Part shown: piece by piece, positions 14,752 to 29,821 of the stretch
How the letters are laid out: every line of letters starts with the position of its first letter
Numbering within the stretch: position 1 is the stretch's first letter
Assembly: GCA_964016885.1 (NCBI GenBank)
Contig: OZ024743.1
Coordinates: 300,948,001-301,012,000, forward strand
Reading direction: 5' to 3'
DNA: 64,000 nucleotides
DNA from: Eledone cirrhosa
Taxonomy: Eukaryota
Position numbers and translations under genes: made by a program
The notes under the pieces: model-generated
The model's database searches: none
The model's input: the letters and a program-made list of their open reading frames with translations, nothing else
What the model was told of the DNA's origin: nothing

Positions 14752-17700
14752 AACTGTACGGTCGTTACATTGACGACTGTATTGGAGCCACGACCCTCAC
14801 CCGAGAACAGCTCGACTCCTTTCTCTCCTTCTTCTGCTCCTTCCACCCCTCCCTCCACTTCACCACCTCCATCTCCACCACCCACGTCCACTTCTTAGAC
14901 ATCTCCATCGCCTTCGACCCTTCCCACCACTCCCTCGTCACCTCCGCCTTCTTCAAACCCACCGACTCCCACTCTTACCTCGACTTCACCTCTTCCCACC
15001 CCACCCACACTAAACACTCCATTCCCTACTCCCAACTTCTCAGGATCCGCCGCCTCTGTAGCCAAGATGCTGACTTCGAGTCCCAGGCCCTTTCCCTAGT
15101 CAGCCATTTCATCCGCAGCGGTTACCCCCCTCTCTCGTCTACACCGCTCTCACCCGCGCCCGTGCTATCCCCCGCTCCACCACCCTCACCCCACACCACC
15201 GCACACCTACCCACCCTCTCCCCTTCCCCATCACCTACCACCCCTCCACCTTACCCCTCCACCGCACCATCCGCCGCCTCTTCCGACGCCTCCAGTCCGA
15301 CCCCTCCACCTCCCACATCTTCCCAACCCCACCACACCCCTCCTTCAAACGCGCACGCAATCTCCCCCCCCCTCCTCGTCCACAGCTCCTTACCCCCCAA
15401 CCCACGCTCTTCCCCCCCCCGGTTCCTTTCCCTGTTCTAAGCCCCGCTGCAACACCTGTCCCCACATCACCAACACCACCACCTTCCAGGGTCCCAACGG
15501 CCACTCTCTCTCTGTCCGGCATGCCTTCCGCTGCACCTCCTCCAACCTAGTCTATGCACTTCGCTGCACGGAGTGCGGCGCGACATATGTCGGACAGACG
15601 GGACGTCGCCTGGCCGACCGATTCACTGAGCACCTCCGGGATATTCGTCTCGGTGGTAGTTCCCCCATCGCCCGCCACTTTGGTGGCCCTGGACATTCCG
15701 CACGCCATCTCACAGTCTGTGGCCTACTCCAATGCCACGGAACACCCGCCAATCGCCTTAGAGTCGAACAAAGAACTATCTTCATCTGACAGACCCACAC
15801 TCCCCCCGGCCTGAACTCCCCACCCTTATTCCTTTAGCCTTCGACCGCCCTCCTCCCCCACACTTATCCCCCACTAACACCACTAACACACCACTCCTTT
15901 TCACCGCCCACCCCACAACTAACAATACTAACACCTCCACTTCACCCCTCATCCGACCACCCTTCCCCAACTAACATACTAACATCCCTCCCTTCTTCTC
16001 CTCCTCCCCCCTCCTTATCACACGCACACACCCACCGGCACATATATACACGCGCTCACACTAAACACACACCCTACTACCACCACTAACCCTCACCCCC
16101 ACACCTCCATCCCACCACCCCGCAACTAACCTCACTAACACCCCCTGACCCCAAGCACAAAAACACACGCACTCACTTACACCACCCACCCCACACGCAA
16201 CTAACATCACTAACACCCCCCAACCCCACGCACACGTACCCACACACCCTCGTACACCACCAACTCTACACACCCTAACACCACTAACCCCCACTCACAC
16301 CTGCATTCAACCCTTCCCCACCTCCCGTATACTAGCACCCACTAACACCCCTTCATCAAACTACACACACACCAGTACACCACACTCCCTCCATAGAACT
16401 ACACGCACCCTTCTCTCCCCGCTCCACCCACACCCTCGCTCCACACTCACTCATCCCACTAACACCTCTACTAATACACACACACACCCGCCTCACTCCA
16501 ACTTTCACACCAACCCATCCTCGCCCCTTTACCATTCCACCGACTGCTGCTATGCCCTCTGACCACCTCCCAGCACAAACAGACACACAGCACTCCCCCT
16601 GTTTGACCACTTCCTGTTGCGCGCGCACCCCACATCTCTCCTCTTCCAACCATATCTTCATGGAATACTCGTATGTGGAACTCGACCACCACGGAATCCA
16701 CTAAACATCATAGGATTTTACCAACTTTTCAACCATCCTCTTACGGAATCACCTATATAACTCACCCACACACACACCCAACAATTTTTTTTCTCCACAC
16801 ACCACCTACACCCACAAAACTTCACACACACGTGCTTTCCACCACATATTTACGCCCTCAGCCTCCTGATTCCTCTCCCCCCACCCCTCTATCCACACAC
16901 GCACATACACTCCGACCTACAACCCCCCTACACACACCTCTTCCTGAACATGCAACCCTGTTCTTCCCCCAACCCTTACTTTCACATACACACACACACA
17001 CACACGTACACCTACACATACACACCACCTTCAGCCTCCCCGCTCCGACACCCCGTCTCCCTCCCCCCACACACCCCCCACACCCTTCCACCACCTGTTT
17101 TACCCCCCTTTTAATTTCAGTTTATTTTGATCATGCTTTTATATTTAATTTTATTTCATTCCTTGTATTTTGATCATGCTTTATTTTTATTTTTATTTTT
17201 AATTTTTCCATTATATATATATATATGTGGTAACCGCATGCAAACACAAATTGCGTAGGACTACCTCGCCCTCAACCCCATAACAACTCGGATGGGTAGA
17301 CAAGGGCTGATAAAACACACACACACACTTGCCAAATAAGTTAGGGGAAACCCCAGCTTACATAGGTGGATGTATCTCTTTTCTTTTCCTCTTTGTCTTC
17401 TTCTTCCCCCTGTCTCATCCTATCACTTCCTTCCACCCCCAATTTTCTTCCTCGTCTGCTTTTCCCCTTTCGCCTAGCCCGATGCTGCCCATCGGGCCTC
17501 TGTAGCATTAGTTCCCCCAGCCCTGTAATTTTAAGATAGAATTGGACGATTACGTGTTACTAACTACTTATAGCAGATGTGTTCGACCCCTTCAATTTTG
17601 TATCAGTTTTGTTACTAATCAATTTCTACAATTGTTTTTCTATTCTCAACTTATTAACTTGTAATTGTAAGATAGCGTGATTTTTTAATTCATTTCTCAC

Positions 17701-18177
17701 TATCTAATTTTATATATTTTTTTTATTTATTTCTATTATCTTTTTTTGTCTCCTACTCTCATTCGATTACCTATTATATAACCTCCTTCCTCGATTTCAT
17801 ACACTATCCTTAGAATCTGCTGTATACATATCACTTTCAACGCTTGACCGCTCCTCTGACTCCCCTATTGTTATACAGGCAAGTTCAGCCACCCCTACCT
17901 CCCACCAAATGCCATGATAGACTTATTTGTGTTTACAACAAATTTTAACCAATCCTCTTGACAACTACAATCTTTCCATGTAAGGAAGTAGCCCATTGAC
18001 AAGTTCGGCTATTTATTCACCAGGCTAAACATTCTAATTTAGTCCAGAAACAGCCGTCGAAACGGCTTGAGCTCTGACGCCGGGGTCATACTTTTTCCTA
18101 TTTCCCACTCTACTACTCTAAGTACTGAGTACTCTGGTGCGTTATGGTCATCTGGTTCCTTACCACAATTCCTTTGT
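14752..18177 (+). mobile_element. 5'-truncated Neptune-type Penelope-like element: RT, Cys linker, GIY-YIG, C-rich 3' region, HHR-bearing pseudo-LTR
   Basis: RYIDD, FLD, KPTDSHSYLDFTSSHP, SIPYSQLLRIRRLCS; CSKPRCNTC..C; NLVYALRCTECGATYVGQTGRRLADRFTEH..GLN (ends ~15815, frameshifted). 3' end abuts (TA)n. Continuity across 17220-17860 is assumed. Confidence 0.85.
17992..18086 (+). ncRNA. U3-A8 hammerhead ribozyme, decayed (stem III and triplet mutated)
   Basis: TTGACAA gttcggct...agccgtc GAAAC ggct... cgggg; homologue of 6009-6103. Confidence 0.6.
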
Positions 18178-18209
<32 letters not shown>

Positions 18210-18260
18210 ATAAGGAAAACGAAGTGGTTTCAGATGTTCAAGTCCTTTAATAATAATGAT

Positions 18261-18334
18261 GCTGTGATATATATTTCAATGACGACACTGGCCGTACTGT
18301 TCTGTGTGCGAGTGTCGTGACATCATGAGGCAGC
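18261..18334 (-). ncRNA. Hammerhead ribozyme, core mutated to CTCATGA
   Basis: Inverted copy of 19458-19531. Confidence 0.6.
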
Positions 18335-19457
18335 TTGTTACATAATAAGGTTATGTTTCCGAGGCAACCCAATTTAGCTCCAATTAGTTGAGCGCTCTAT
18401 GATGTGACCGATATGGTGGAGAAGAGAAGAACCAACCATGAGCTACGCCTAAAAATTCCCTCAACCATGGGGATGGAAACCCCTGTCACTGGACGGACAT
18501 AATAGCAACTTTCGGCAGGATAAATACGCGGAAATAAAAACTAAGATAAACCCTTATTTTCCTGCAACAAATCGCATTTGAACAGAAGCCCCCTCAATTC
18601 AATCTATACATTGACGAATTGACAATCATATGGATCATTTTGCATATATGTACTGTGTGCTTTTGCATTTATTCATTATTGGTTCTTTTCTTTTGTGTAC
18701 TTAATGTCTGTTTTTCTTTGGTTTTGTTCCATGTGATGGAAATTATGTCTGTGTACCAGATTGACTACTGCCTTCAATACTGTAGTTTACACTCCGTTCT
18801 AATGTACGGAACTATCATTCAAGATGGGGATAGTAACTGTGACATTAGAACCCTTCTCAGAACTTCTTACTTAAACATCTCACTCCATATTATTTACTCA
18901 CTTCAATCTATATTTTTTTTACTCACCGGATTCACACTTGAAAAGTTTTTTAATTCCTAATTGTTAATTCTTTAATTGTTTAATTTCTAATTTCTGATAT
19001 TTGATTTAGGATTTTAATTTTTACTTCCAACTCTCACTCATAACTTCCAATGTAAAACCATGATACCTAGAATTAAGTTTATTTTCTCTTAGGAGTTGAT
19101 GGTCAGTCGTCCTGTCCTCGCTTGGTGAGAGGTAGTATTGTGACCTGTAAAAACTAACACTCTCCCAACCCCTCTGGCTTTCGGCTGACTGCCACAGTCG
19201 GGATGGGTAGCAGTAAACTATGGTACAGGCCTAAGTGGGTCATTGTTTGGCTGAGAGGGTGAACTGACTAAGCGAATTTCGTTGAAATCTGCGGTAGCTA
19301 ATGGTCAACTACCTTCGGGCATGCGCCTGCGCAGACCGATGGGGGTGAATTGGTACTCACAGGGGAACGTAGGAAGAACCCAAAAGCACACATTTCGTCC
19401 GTTCCCATGCCGATTCAATTTGGATTGCCTCGGAAACATAAGCTTATTATGTAACAA

Positions 19458-19531
19458 GCTGTCTGATGATGTCACGACACTCGCACACAGAACAGTGTGG
19501 CCAGTGTCGTCATTGAAATATATATCACAGT
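19458..19531 (+). ncRNA. Type I hammerhead ribozyme, long stem II, TATATA palindromic stem III
   Basis: gctgt-CTGATGA-tg..acgacact...agtgtcgt cat-GAAA-tatata-TC-acagt. Confidence 0.85.
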
Positions 19532-20224
19532 ATTAAAGGACTTGAACATCTAAAACTACTTTGGTTTCAAAATAATCAGATGCATGAAAATCGCTTTTAC
19601 TTGTGTCCCCAAACCGAAATTCCAGACGAGAATTGAGCGTTACTGACTCTTTAAATATATAATCTCAATTGTTTATTTGTTAGACAATGGTAATTTCTGT
19701 CAGTGAGTGCTTCAGATGACTTTTCAATTTCCAGACAGTTTCTAACTAAATACCTACGATGGTTATGGATTGTTGTTGTATCAATAATAGGATCATAAAT
19801 TAAATTTCATCACATTGATAAATGATAGCTTTAGAATTATGGAAATGAATCAAAAGTATTTAAGTTATTTTCTTTATCCATTTCATTTGCAGTTGATAAG
19901 GCTCTGCGTAATTTTGTTTTGTTCTTGTTGAGGATACCTGATGTCGATTATGATATGATAATATGTGCAAAACCTGATATTTCGACAATTTTTTAGAGAT
20001 GTAAAAAAGTGGGAATGGGTGCGACTGGAAAATCGGGTTGGAAGCCATTTAGAAGGTGGGTAATTTTACATTATCAAGAATGTCATCAACCACGGCTTCA
20101 TAATTTCTCCTTATATATGGTAAGGGTAAGCTGGTAGAATATTTAAAGATTTTTGCATACTCCAAAAAAAAAATATATATATATATATATATCAATTAAG
20201 AATATTTTCTAAACAGCGAGCGAG

Positions 20225-20465
20225 TTTGAAATTATAAATATAAGCTTTCGCCGTATGTTGACGAAATAAATTAAAGAAAATTATGTAGCCTGATAGTGGG
20301 GTTAAGAACCCTCGGAAAATGGAAAAAGATGAGTATTGACGTACATGTACGTCAATACTCATCTTTTTCCATTTATCCGAGGGTTTTTAACCTTACTATC
20401 AGGCAGAATACTTTTCTTTAATTTCTTTAGTCAAAATACAGCGATAGCTTACATTTATAATTCAT
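20225..20465. repeat. Fold-back hairpin element, centre gacgtacatgtacgtc (~20345); relative at 42465-42652
   Basis: atggaaaaagatgagtattgacgtacat / gtacgtcaatactcatctttttccat; both copies lie in (TA)n. Confidence 0.8.
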
Positions 20466-20560
20466 ATATATATGCATATATACATATATACATATATATA
20501 TATTATTATATATATATTATATTATATATATATATATATATATAGTTTTAATATAGATGA

Positions 20561-20609
20561 GATTCTACAGGACTAGAACTGTTTCATTCATTAGAAATCA
20601 TCAGGAATC
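20561..20609 (-). ncRNA. Type I hammerhead ribozyme of the Hydra-type PLE
   Basis: gattc-CTGATGA-tttc taat gaat-GAAA-cag ttctagtc ctg-TA-gaatc. Confidence 0.85.
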
Positions 20610-21074
20610 TGGGTATCAAAAAATAAATATGGTATTTATAGGTCTCTACAAGTGGTAGGAGAGGGTGGGGAGTGGGATGGGTGCAGGTCATTGGTTGATA
20701 GAAAAGGGGATTCATTAAAAGCTAATTCTACAAAGCTATAGTTTATTTTTATTTTTATTTATATTTATTTATGTTTTTAGAGTAACAAAGGCAGACAGAA
20801 TTCTATAAACAGGTTCCGGATGGCATACCATTCCTTGTCAATAAGTTTCTCTTAAGCTAACAGATGTCTATAAAATCAGTGGGGGTTCAGTCATGGTCGA
20901 TAGAATTAAAGAAAAGGGAGATTCTTTAAAAGCTAAAGTCATTAAGGTTCTACTAAGTGACAAAGGTCTAGAGAATTCTGCAGACAGATTCAAAATACTG
21001 AGTGCATATCTTACTATTATCTTCGAACTTCTCTTAAACTAATCAACTATATGCCAAAAATCAACAGACACGTT

Positions 21075-22880
<1,806 letters not shown>

Positions 22881-23033
22881 CGCATATACGCAGGCACATA
22901 AAGACACCTCTACAGGCAGAAAATGTAGATACGAAAGAGGTACTCACATAACCATAGTGGCCGTATTTCAGGTTGAGGAGGGGTGGGGGTAGGGTGGGGA
23001 GGAGGTATAGGGGCCAATAGGGGGAGGTCGTTT

Positions 23034-24749
23034 TTAGCCATCGGGCTTTAACACTGGCTTAAAGTGTTTGAATGTTGCAAAGTTCTTGTGCATGCAGTTC
23101 GGGCAATGTTCAGAGAGTTTGTTCAGTAGCGGGCCCTTGGCGAATAAAATTTCGTAGCTCTCTGAAATACAAAGGTCGCAGCCCTTGTGTCCTCCGTTGT
23201 AAGAGCGCGCTTCCTGGAGTATTTTCCAATTAAGCGTGAAGGGGGTGGAGTTCCTTTTGAGGTCCCAAACGTAGGAGACGAGTGTTGTCTGATTTGATTT
23301 ATCCGGTCTTCTGAAGGAGTGGGTATGGGCATACCAACGGGTCTTAAAGTTGTTGGAGGTCATGCCGATGTAAGTTTTTTTGCAATCCTCGGTGCCTGAG
23401 ATGACATCGCATTTGTATACGATGTCATTTGTGAGGCATTTGTTTTCTAGTGGGCATGCTTCCTTATTTAGGCAATTACATAGAGCCCCAGTCCGGGGAT
23501 TGGTTTCGGAGGTGGTTGGCTTATTTAGTTTAGAGTTGTGGTTGGCTATATTCCTAGCTAGGTTAGGTGTGGTGGAGTAAGACAGTCTTATAGTGTTCTT
23601 ATTAAAGATGGTGTAGTACCTATGTTGTATGGGGAAGTGTAATTTCAGTAAAGTGAAGAAAATCCTAGCTATCGGAGTAGATACCTCTCTATTGAAGGGA
23701 GGGTTGTACCAGCTAATCTGCCTATGTCTATTCCTCCTCTGCAATTTTGCGGTGGTTTCTAGGTAAGTTATCTTATCTTTAAATCCGCTACGGGCTAGGG
23801 CGTCATTGTAGTAGGAGGCAGATGCATTAAAAATATCTTTGTTGGCGGAGAGGCCAGATATTCTAATAGAGACGCTTTTTACTAGGTTATCAGTAATGTT
23901 TTGGGGGTGGTTTGAATTAACATTAATATATTTAAGGGACTCGTTAGGTTTGTGGTACGGGTAATAGAGGGAAGTATCTAGGTCGAGAGTGACATCTAAG
24001 AAGTTGGCCCTAGTCAAATTAGAATCTATAGTTATACTAAATCCTAGATTAGAGAAGAAAGAGCTTAAGTTTTTCCGAAACCCATCGGTGGTTCTGGGGC
24101 TAACCTTATGCAGGGCGAAGAGGCCGTCGTCTCGGTATAAACCTCCAGTTAGGCCGGTAAAGAGGTTCTTCAGGTTATGTAGGATGTACAGGCCCACAAG
24201 GTCGCTAATTTCAGCCGAGTCACTCGCCCTCATGCTAACGTCAAATGGGGTCTGAGATTTCTTGTTGATCCAGTAAGATCCATCGTGGTATAGAAAGGTC
24301 TTACGAGCGTGGAGGATAATAACTTGCTCGGCATCGGTAATGGTGGTAAAATTCCTGGCAAGGTTAATTGCGTCCTTCAGGAGGGGCTCCGAGATAGAGG
24401 CATAGTAGTTTTCTATGTCGAGTTGCAGGAAGCGAGTGTGGTGTTTATCGGGTAATTCTTGGAACCATGATATTGCCTCAGATGTTCTACTCCAGAGTGG
24501 AAGTGGTGAGGCTGCCCGCAATGATGGTAGAACTCTATCCAAGATCTTCTTACTGATAGAGCCGATGTCAGAACGAGTGAGGTTGATAAGTCTGACTGAT
24601 GGTTTGTTGAGGAAATTTCCCTTATGGTCCTTCAGGGTAAAGTGCGGGGTCTTTACCCTTAAAGGTACGGTTCGGTCATGTAATTTAAGGGACTTGGCGA
24701 TTTCTTTTCCGGCCGCGTTTGTCTCAGTCAGCGCCCTCTCTATTACCTT
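23034..24749 (-). CDS. PLE RT + GIY-YIG endonuclease, N-terminally truncated but stop-free (~570 aa)
   Basis: TLKDHK..RLIN, LQLDIENYYASI, FDVSMRASDSAE, LYRDDG, FLDVTLDL, SNHP, WYNPPF, CNCLNKEACPLENKC, IVY..YIGMT..FKTRW..H, CDLCISE, LLN..C.H. The frame stays open upstream of the ORF-track start 24542. Confidence 0.88.
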   Translation of the reverse strand, partial: KVIERALTETNAAGKEIAKSLKLHDRTVPLRVKTPHFTLKDHKGNFLNKPSVRLINLTRSDIGSISKKILDRVLPSLRAASPLPLWSRTSEAISWFQELPDKHHTRFLQLDIENYYASISEPLLKDAINLARNFTTITDAEQVIILHARKTFLYHDGSYWINKKSQTPFDVSMRASDSAEISDLVGLYILHNLKNLFTGLTGGLYRDDGLFALHKVSPRTTDGFRKNLSSFFSNLGFSITIDSNLTRANFLDVTLDLDTSLYYPYHKPNESLKYINVNSNHPQNITDNLVKSVSIRISGLSANKDIFNASASYYNDALARSGFKDKITYLETTAKLQRRNRHRQISWYNPPFNREVSTPIARIFFTLLKLHFPIQHRYYTIFNKNTIRLSYSTTPNLARNIANHNSKLNKPTTSETNPRTGALCNCLNKEACPLENKCLTNDIVYKCDVISGTEDCKKTYIGMTSNNFKTRWYAHTHSFRRPDKSNQTTLVSYVWDLKRNSTPFTLNWKILQEARSYNGGHKGCDLCISESYEILFAKGPLLNKLSEHCPNCMHKNFATFKHFKPVLKPDG

Positions 24750-24752
24750 TTG

Positions 24753-25518
24753 TACTCCACCACACCTAACCTAGCTAGGAATATAGCCAACCACAACTCT
24801 AAACTAAATAAGCCAACCACCTCCGAAACCAATCCCCGGACTGGGGCTCTATGTAATTGCCTAAATAAGGAAGCATGCCCACTAGAAAACAAATGCCTCA
24901 CAAATGACATCGTATACAAATGCGATGTCATCTCAGGCACCGAGGATTGCAAAAAAACTTACATCGGCATGACCTCCAACAACTTTAAGACCCGTTGGTA
25001 TGCCCATACCCACTCCTTCAGGAGACCGGATAAATCAAATCAGACAACACTCGCCTCCTACGTTTGGACCTCAAAAGGAACTCCACCCCCTTCACGCTTA
25101 ATTGGAAAATACTCCAGAAAGTGCGCTCTTACAACGGAGGACACAATGGCTGCGACCTTTGTATTTCAGAGAGCTACGAAATTTTATTCGCCAAGGGCCC
25201 GCTACTGAACAAACTCTCTGAACATTGCCCGAACTGCATGCACAAGAACTTTGCAACATTCAAACACTTTAAGCCAGTGTTAAAGCCAGATGGCTAAAAA
25301 CGACCTCCCCCTATTGGCCCCTATACCTCCTCCCCACCCTGCCCCCACCCCTCCTCAACCTGAAATACGGCCACTATGGTTATGTGAGTACCTCTTTCGT
25401 ATCTACATTTTCTGCCTGTAGAGGTGTCTTTATGTGCCTGCGTATATGCGTATATTTATTGAGTACCTATTTACTTGTATGTGTATATATTTGTTTGTAT
25501 ATGTGTATATGTGTATGC

Positions 25519-25574
<56 letters not shown>

Positions 25575-25644
25575 GTTGGTGTGTATATGTGTTTTATGTG
25601 TGTATGTTTATGTATGTATATGTATGTATATGTTTGTGTATATG

Positions 25645-25687
<43 letters not shown>

Positions 25688-25898
25688 ATATATGTGTGTG
25701 TATGTATGTATATATGTATGTGTATGTATGTATGTATGTTTATGTATATGTAAGTGTATGTGTGTATGTATGTATGTGTGTGTATATGTATATATATGTG
25801 TATATGTATGTGTGTGTATATGTGTATATAAATATATATATGTGTATATATATATATATGTATATATGTATATGTATGTGTGTGTGTATATATGTGTG

Positions 25899-25957
<59 letters not shown>

Positions 25958-25975
25958 ATGTATGTATGTGTGTGC

Positions 25976-26033
<58 letters not shown>

Positions 26034-26063
26034 ATATATATATGTATATGGTTGTGTGGGCAG

Positions 26064-26129
<66 letters not shown>

Positions 26130-26178
26130 ATTTGTATGTATATATGTATATGTGTGTATGTATGTGTGTGTATATGTA

Positions 26179-26245
<67 letters not shown>

Positions 26246-26440
26246 GTGTATATATATATGCATATATATATATATGTATATATATATATGTATATATATA
26301 TATATAGATATGTGTGTGTGTGTATATATATGTGTATATGTATATATATGTGCGTGAGAGAGAGAGTGTGTATATATATTCTGTGTGTGGGTTGTGTATG
26401 TGTGTATGCGCGCGTGTGTGTATATATATGTGTGTGTATG

Positions 26441-26481
<41 letters not shown>

Positions 26482-26585
26482 GTGTGTGTATATATGCGTT
26501 ATATGTCTGTATATATATGTGTATATTTATGTATAGGTCTGTGTATCTATGTGTATGTTTGTATATGTATGGATATGTATATATG

Positions 26586-26682
<97 letters not shown>

Positions 26683-26839
26683 ATATGTATATGTGTGTAT
26701 ATATATATGTGTGTATATGTGTGTGTGTATGGATATTTATACATATGTATACTCGTGTTTGTATGTATGCGTGTGAGTGTATTTATTTGTGTATATGTGT
26801 GTGTGTGTGTGTGTATGATTGTGTATGTGTGTGTGTATC

Positions 26840-26884
<45 letters not shown>

Positions 26885-27691
26885 GTATTATATATGTATG
26901 TATGTATGTATGTGTGTATGTATGTGTGTGTATAAATATATATTTATATATATTTATATATTTTTTTATATATGTGTGTGTGTTTTTATGTGTGTATATG
27001 TGTTTGTGTGTGTGTTTATGGTTGCGCGTAAGTGTGTGAGTGAGTATGTGTGTTTTTTTGTTTTTTTGTTTTTTTGTTTTTTTGTTTTTTTGTGAATGTG
27101 TCTGTTGATTTTTGGCATATAGTTGATTAGTTTAAGAGAAGTTCGAAGATAATAGTAAGATATGCACTCAGTATTTTGAATCTGTCTGCAGAATTCTCTA
27201 GACCTTTGTCACTTAGTAGAACCTTAATGACTTTAGCTTTTAAAGAATCTCCCTTTTCTTTAATTCTATCGACCATGACTGACCCCCCACTGATTTTATA
27301 GACATCTGTTAGCTTAAGAGAAACTTATTGACAAGGAATGGTATGCCATCCGGAACCTGTTTATAGAATTCTGTCTGCCTTTGTTACTCTAAAAACATAA
27401 ATAAATATAAATAAAAATAAAAATAAACTATAGCTTTGTAGAATTAGCTTTTAATGAATCCCCTTTTCTATCAACCAATGACCTGCACCCATCCCACTCC
27501 CCACCCTCTCCTACCACTTGTAGAGACCTATAAATACCATATTTATTTTTTGATACCCAGATTCCTGATGATTTCTAATGAATGAAACAGTTCTAGTCCT
27601 GTAGAATCTCATCTATATTAAAACTGTTATACTCTGCTATGTATTGAGTACCTTACTTACTGTGGTTACCTCCGATTCAACCCGGAATAAC

Positions 27692-27692
<1 letters not shown>
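24753..27692 (+). mobile_element. Inverted copy of the 3' part of the same PLE (endonuclease, 3' region, HHR, tail)
   Basis: Reverse complement of 20544-23579 plus ~68 extra terminal bases. Frameshift near 25064. Ends in (TA)n. Confidence 0.92.
27560..27608 (+). ncRNA. Type I hammerhead ribozyme (GUA triplet)
   Basis: Same motif as 20561-20609. Confidence 0.85.
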
Positions 27693-27726
<34 letters not shown>

Positions 27727-27773
27727 AAGGAAAAGCGAAATAGTTTCAGATGTTCAAGTCCTTTAATAATAAT

Positions 27774-27846
27774 GCTGTGATATATATTTCAATGACGGCA
27801 CTGGCCACACTGTTCTGTGTGCGAGTGTCAGTCATCATCAGACAGC
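27774..27846 (-). ncRNA. Hammerhead ribozyme, left arm, intact core
   Basis: gctgt-CTGATGA...GAAA-tatata-TC-acagc on the minus strand. Confidence 0.83.
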
Positions 27847-28014
27847 TTGTTACATAATAAGGTTGTTTCCGAGGCAATCCACATTGAATCGACATGGGAA
27901 CGGATGAAGTTCGTGCTTTTGGGTTTTTCATCCGTTCCCCAAAAGCACGAACTTCATCCGTTCTCATGTCGATTCAATTTGGATTGCCTCGGAAACAACC
28001 TTATTATGTAACAA

Positions 28015-28088
28015 GCTGTCTGATGATGTCACGACACTCGCTCACAGAACAGTGTGGCCAGTGTCGTCATTGAAATATATATCACAGC
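28015..28088 (+). ncRNA. Hammerhead ribozyme, right arm, intact core
   Basis: gctgt-CTGATGA...GAAA-tatata-TC-acagc. Confidence 0.87.
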
Positions 28089-28226
28089 ATTATTATTAAA
28101 GGACTTGAACATCTGAAACTACTTCGCTTTTCCTTATTCGATATTTACTCCGTCACTCCTATGTGGAAAAAGTACGTTGAGTGCTTGAATTGAATTGCAT
28201 AAATGTTTACCCTAATATATATATAT

Positions 28227-28277
<51 letters not shown>

Positions 28278-28533
28278 CATATATGATTCAACGCTGATGT
28301 TGAGAACCAGACTTGATGATCGTCTCCTGGCAGTATCTCATTAGCGTATAATACACTAATCAAATAACTTCTGATAGTTGTACCTCTAAAGTATATATTT
28401 AAAATTCTCTACCGACAAATAACTCGCGTAAACTTACAACACAAGCACGCACACTCCCACACACACATATGCCCACATCCACATACACACACATACATAC
28501 ACACATGCCCAGACACATACACCCCCCCCCCCC

Positions 28534-28571
<38 letters not shown>

Positions 28572-28645
28572 TACACACATGTACATATACATATATATAT
28601 ATATATATAAAGAGAGAGAGAGATAGAGAGCGAGAGAGATCGGGC

Positions 28646-28711
<66 letters not shown>

Positions 28712-29247
28712 TTCCATGATTTGAAAACTATAAAACTTTCCATTTTCTCTATGTACAATAATTACATAAACTGATAAAACTTGACGTTGTTTTCTAGTAT
28801 TACTTCTCTACAAACATGCAGATTTCATGTTCTGTCTCATTTCCCCGTCGTATAACGGTCTTCAATCCACTGATCTAAATAAACCATGTTTCACCCAGCA
28901 CAGCAATTACTTATCTTCGTATTCCTTAATGTGTTTCACTATTTAAAAAAAAATGTGATATATGTTACAAATTTATTCCTCATGGTTTAAATCATATAAA
29001 ATCTATACCAACAACGGAAGGTATCAACCTACAGGTGCTGAAAACCTACAGGTGCTGAAAACAAAAAAGATAAGCGCTTAAGAACTGTTAGAATTTACAA
29101 AACAAAAATAATTGTAGAAATCTAACCCTCACTTTTGCACCAACGTCTGACGTCAGCTTATAACTATCAATCGCATTTAATTATTTGTTCAAAATAGAAA
29201 ATAATAATGAGATGGCTTCAAATCCTTTGTTCGTAATACATACATAT

Positions 29248-29339
<92 letters not shown>

Positions 29340-29821
29340 GAGAGAGAGGGGATGGAGAGATAGAGAGGGAGAGAGTGACTCACTACTTAGCCTTGATAAA
29401 ATTAATATTTAAAATCCACTTCGCTATTTAGTATACGTTTCTCTCAGCCTTCAACCACACACACACACACATATATGTGTGTGTGTGGGTGTGTGTTTGT
29501 GTGTGTATGTGTCTATGTTTGTATGTAAAATGTAATTAGAAATACCAAAGGAAACGACAGAGTACATTGAAGAGATATATTATCTTAAGGTTTCGGCGAT
29601 TATTCCATCATGAGAAGATAGAATTAGAAATAGATGTTAAAATAGAAAGATAAAGACTTTGGCGACTACGAATAAAATACACACGTTTGCATTATAACGC
29701 TCTCCTCTCCCTTGAATTTAACTGCTCAAAATAGCCTACTCAGCACACAGTTTCCTTATCCATATAGATGTCAATTAACAACATTTGATAGATGGATATT
29801 GAGAGATAGATAAATATTGTA

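Larger units (their letters stand above)
18208..19568. mobile_element. PLE 3' region with inverted pseudo-LTR (18208-18370 vs 19420-19568)
   Basis: Arms are reverse complements; same family as 27723-28215. Confidence 0.8.
27723..28215. mobile_element. Fold-back PLE pseudo-LTR pair (arms 27723-27923 and 27938-28139) with tail 28140-28215, in (TA)n
   Basis: Near-perfect inverted repeat read directly. Confidence 0.88.

Noticed and set aside
23034-24749. Selenoprotein-encoding (Naiad-type) PLE
   Set aside because: The endonuclease is C-terminal and there are no in-frame TGA codons at Cys positions.
29579-29625. Minus-strand hammerhead-like CTCATGA...GAAAC
   Set aside because: Core G5 mutated and stems weak; probably a relic, not counted.
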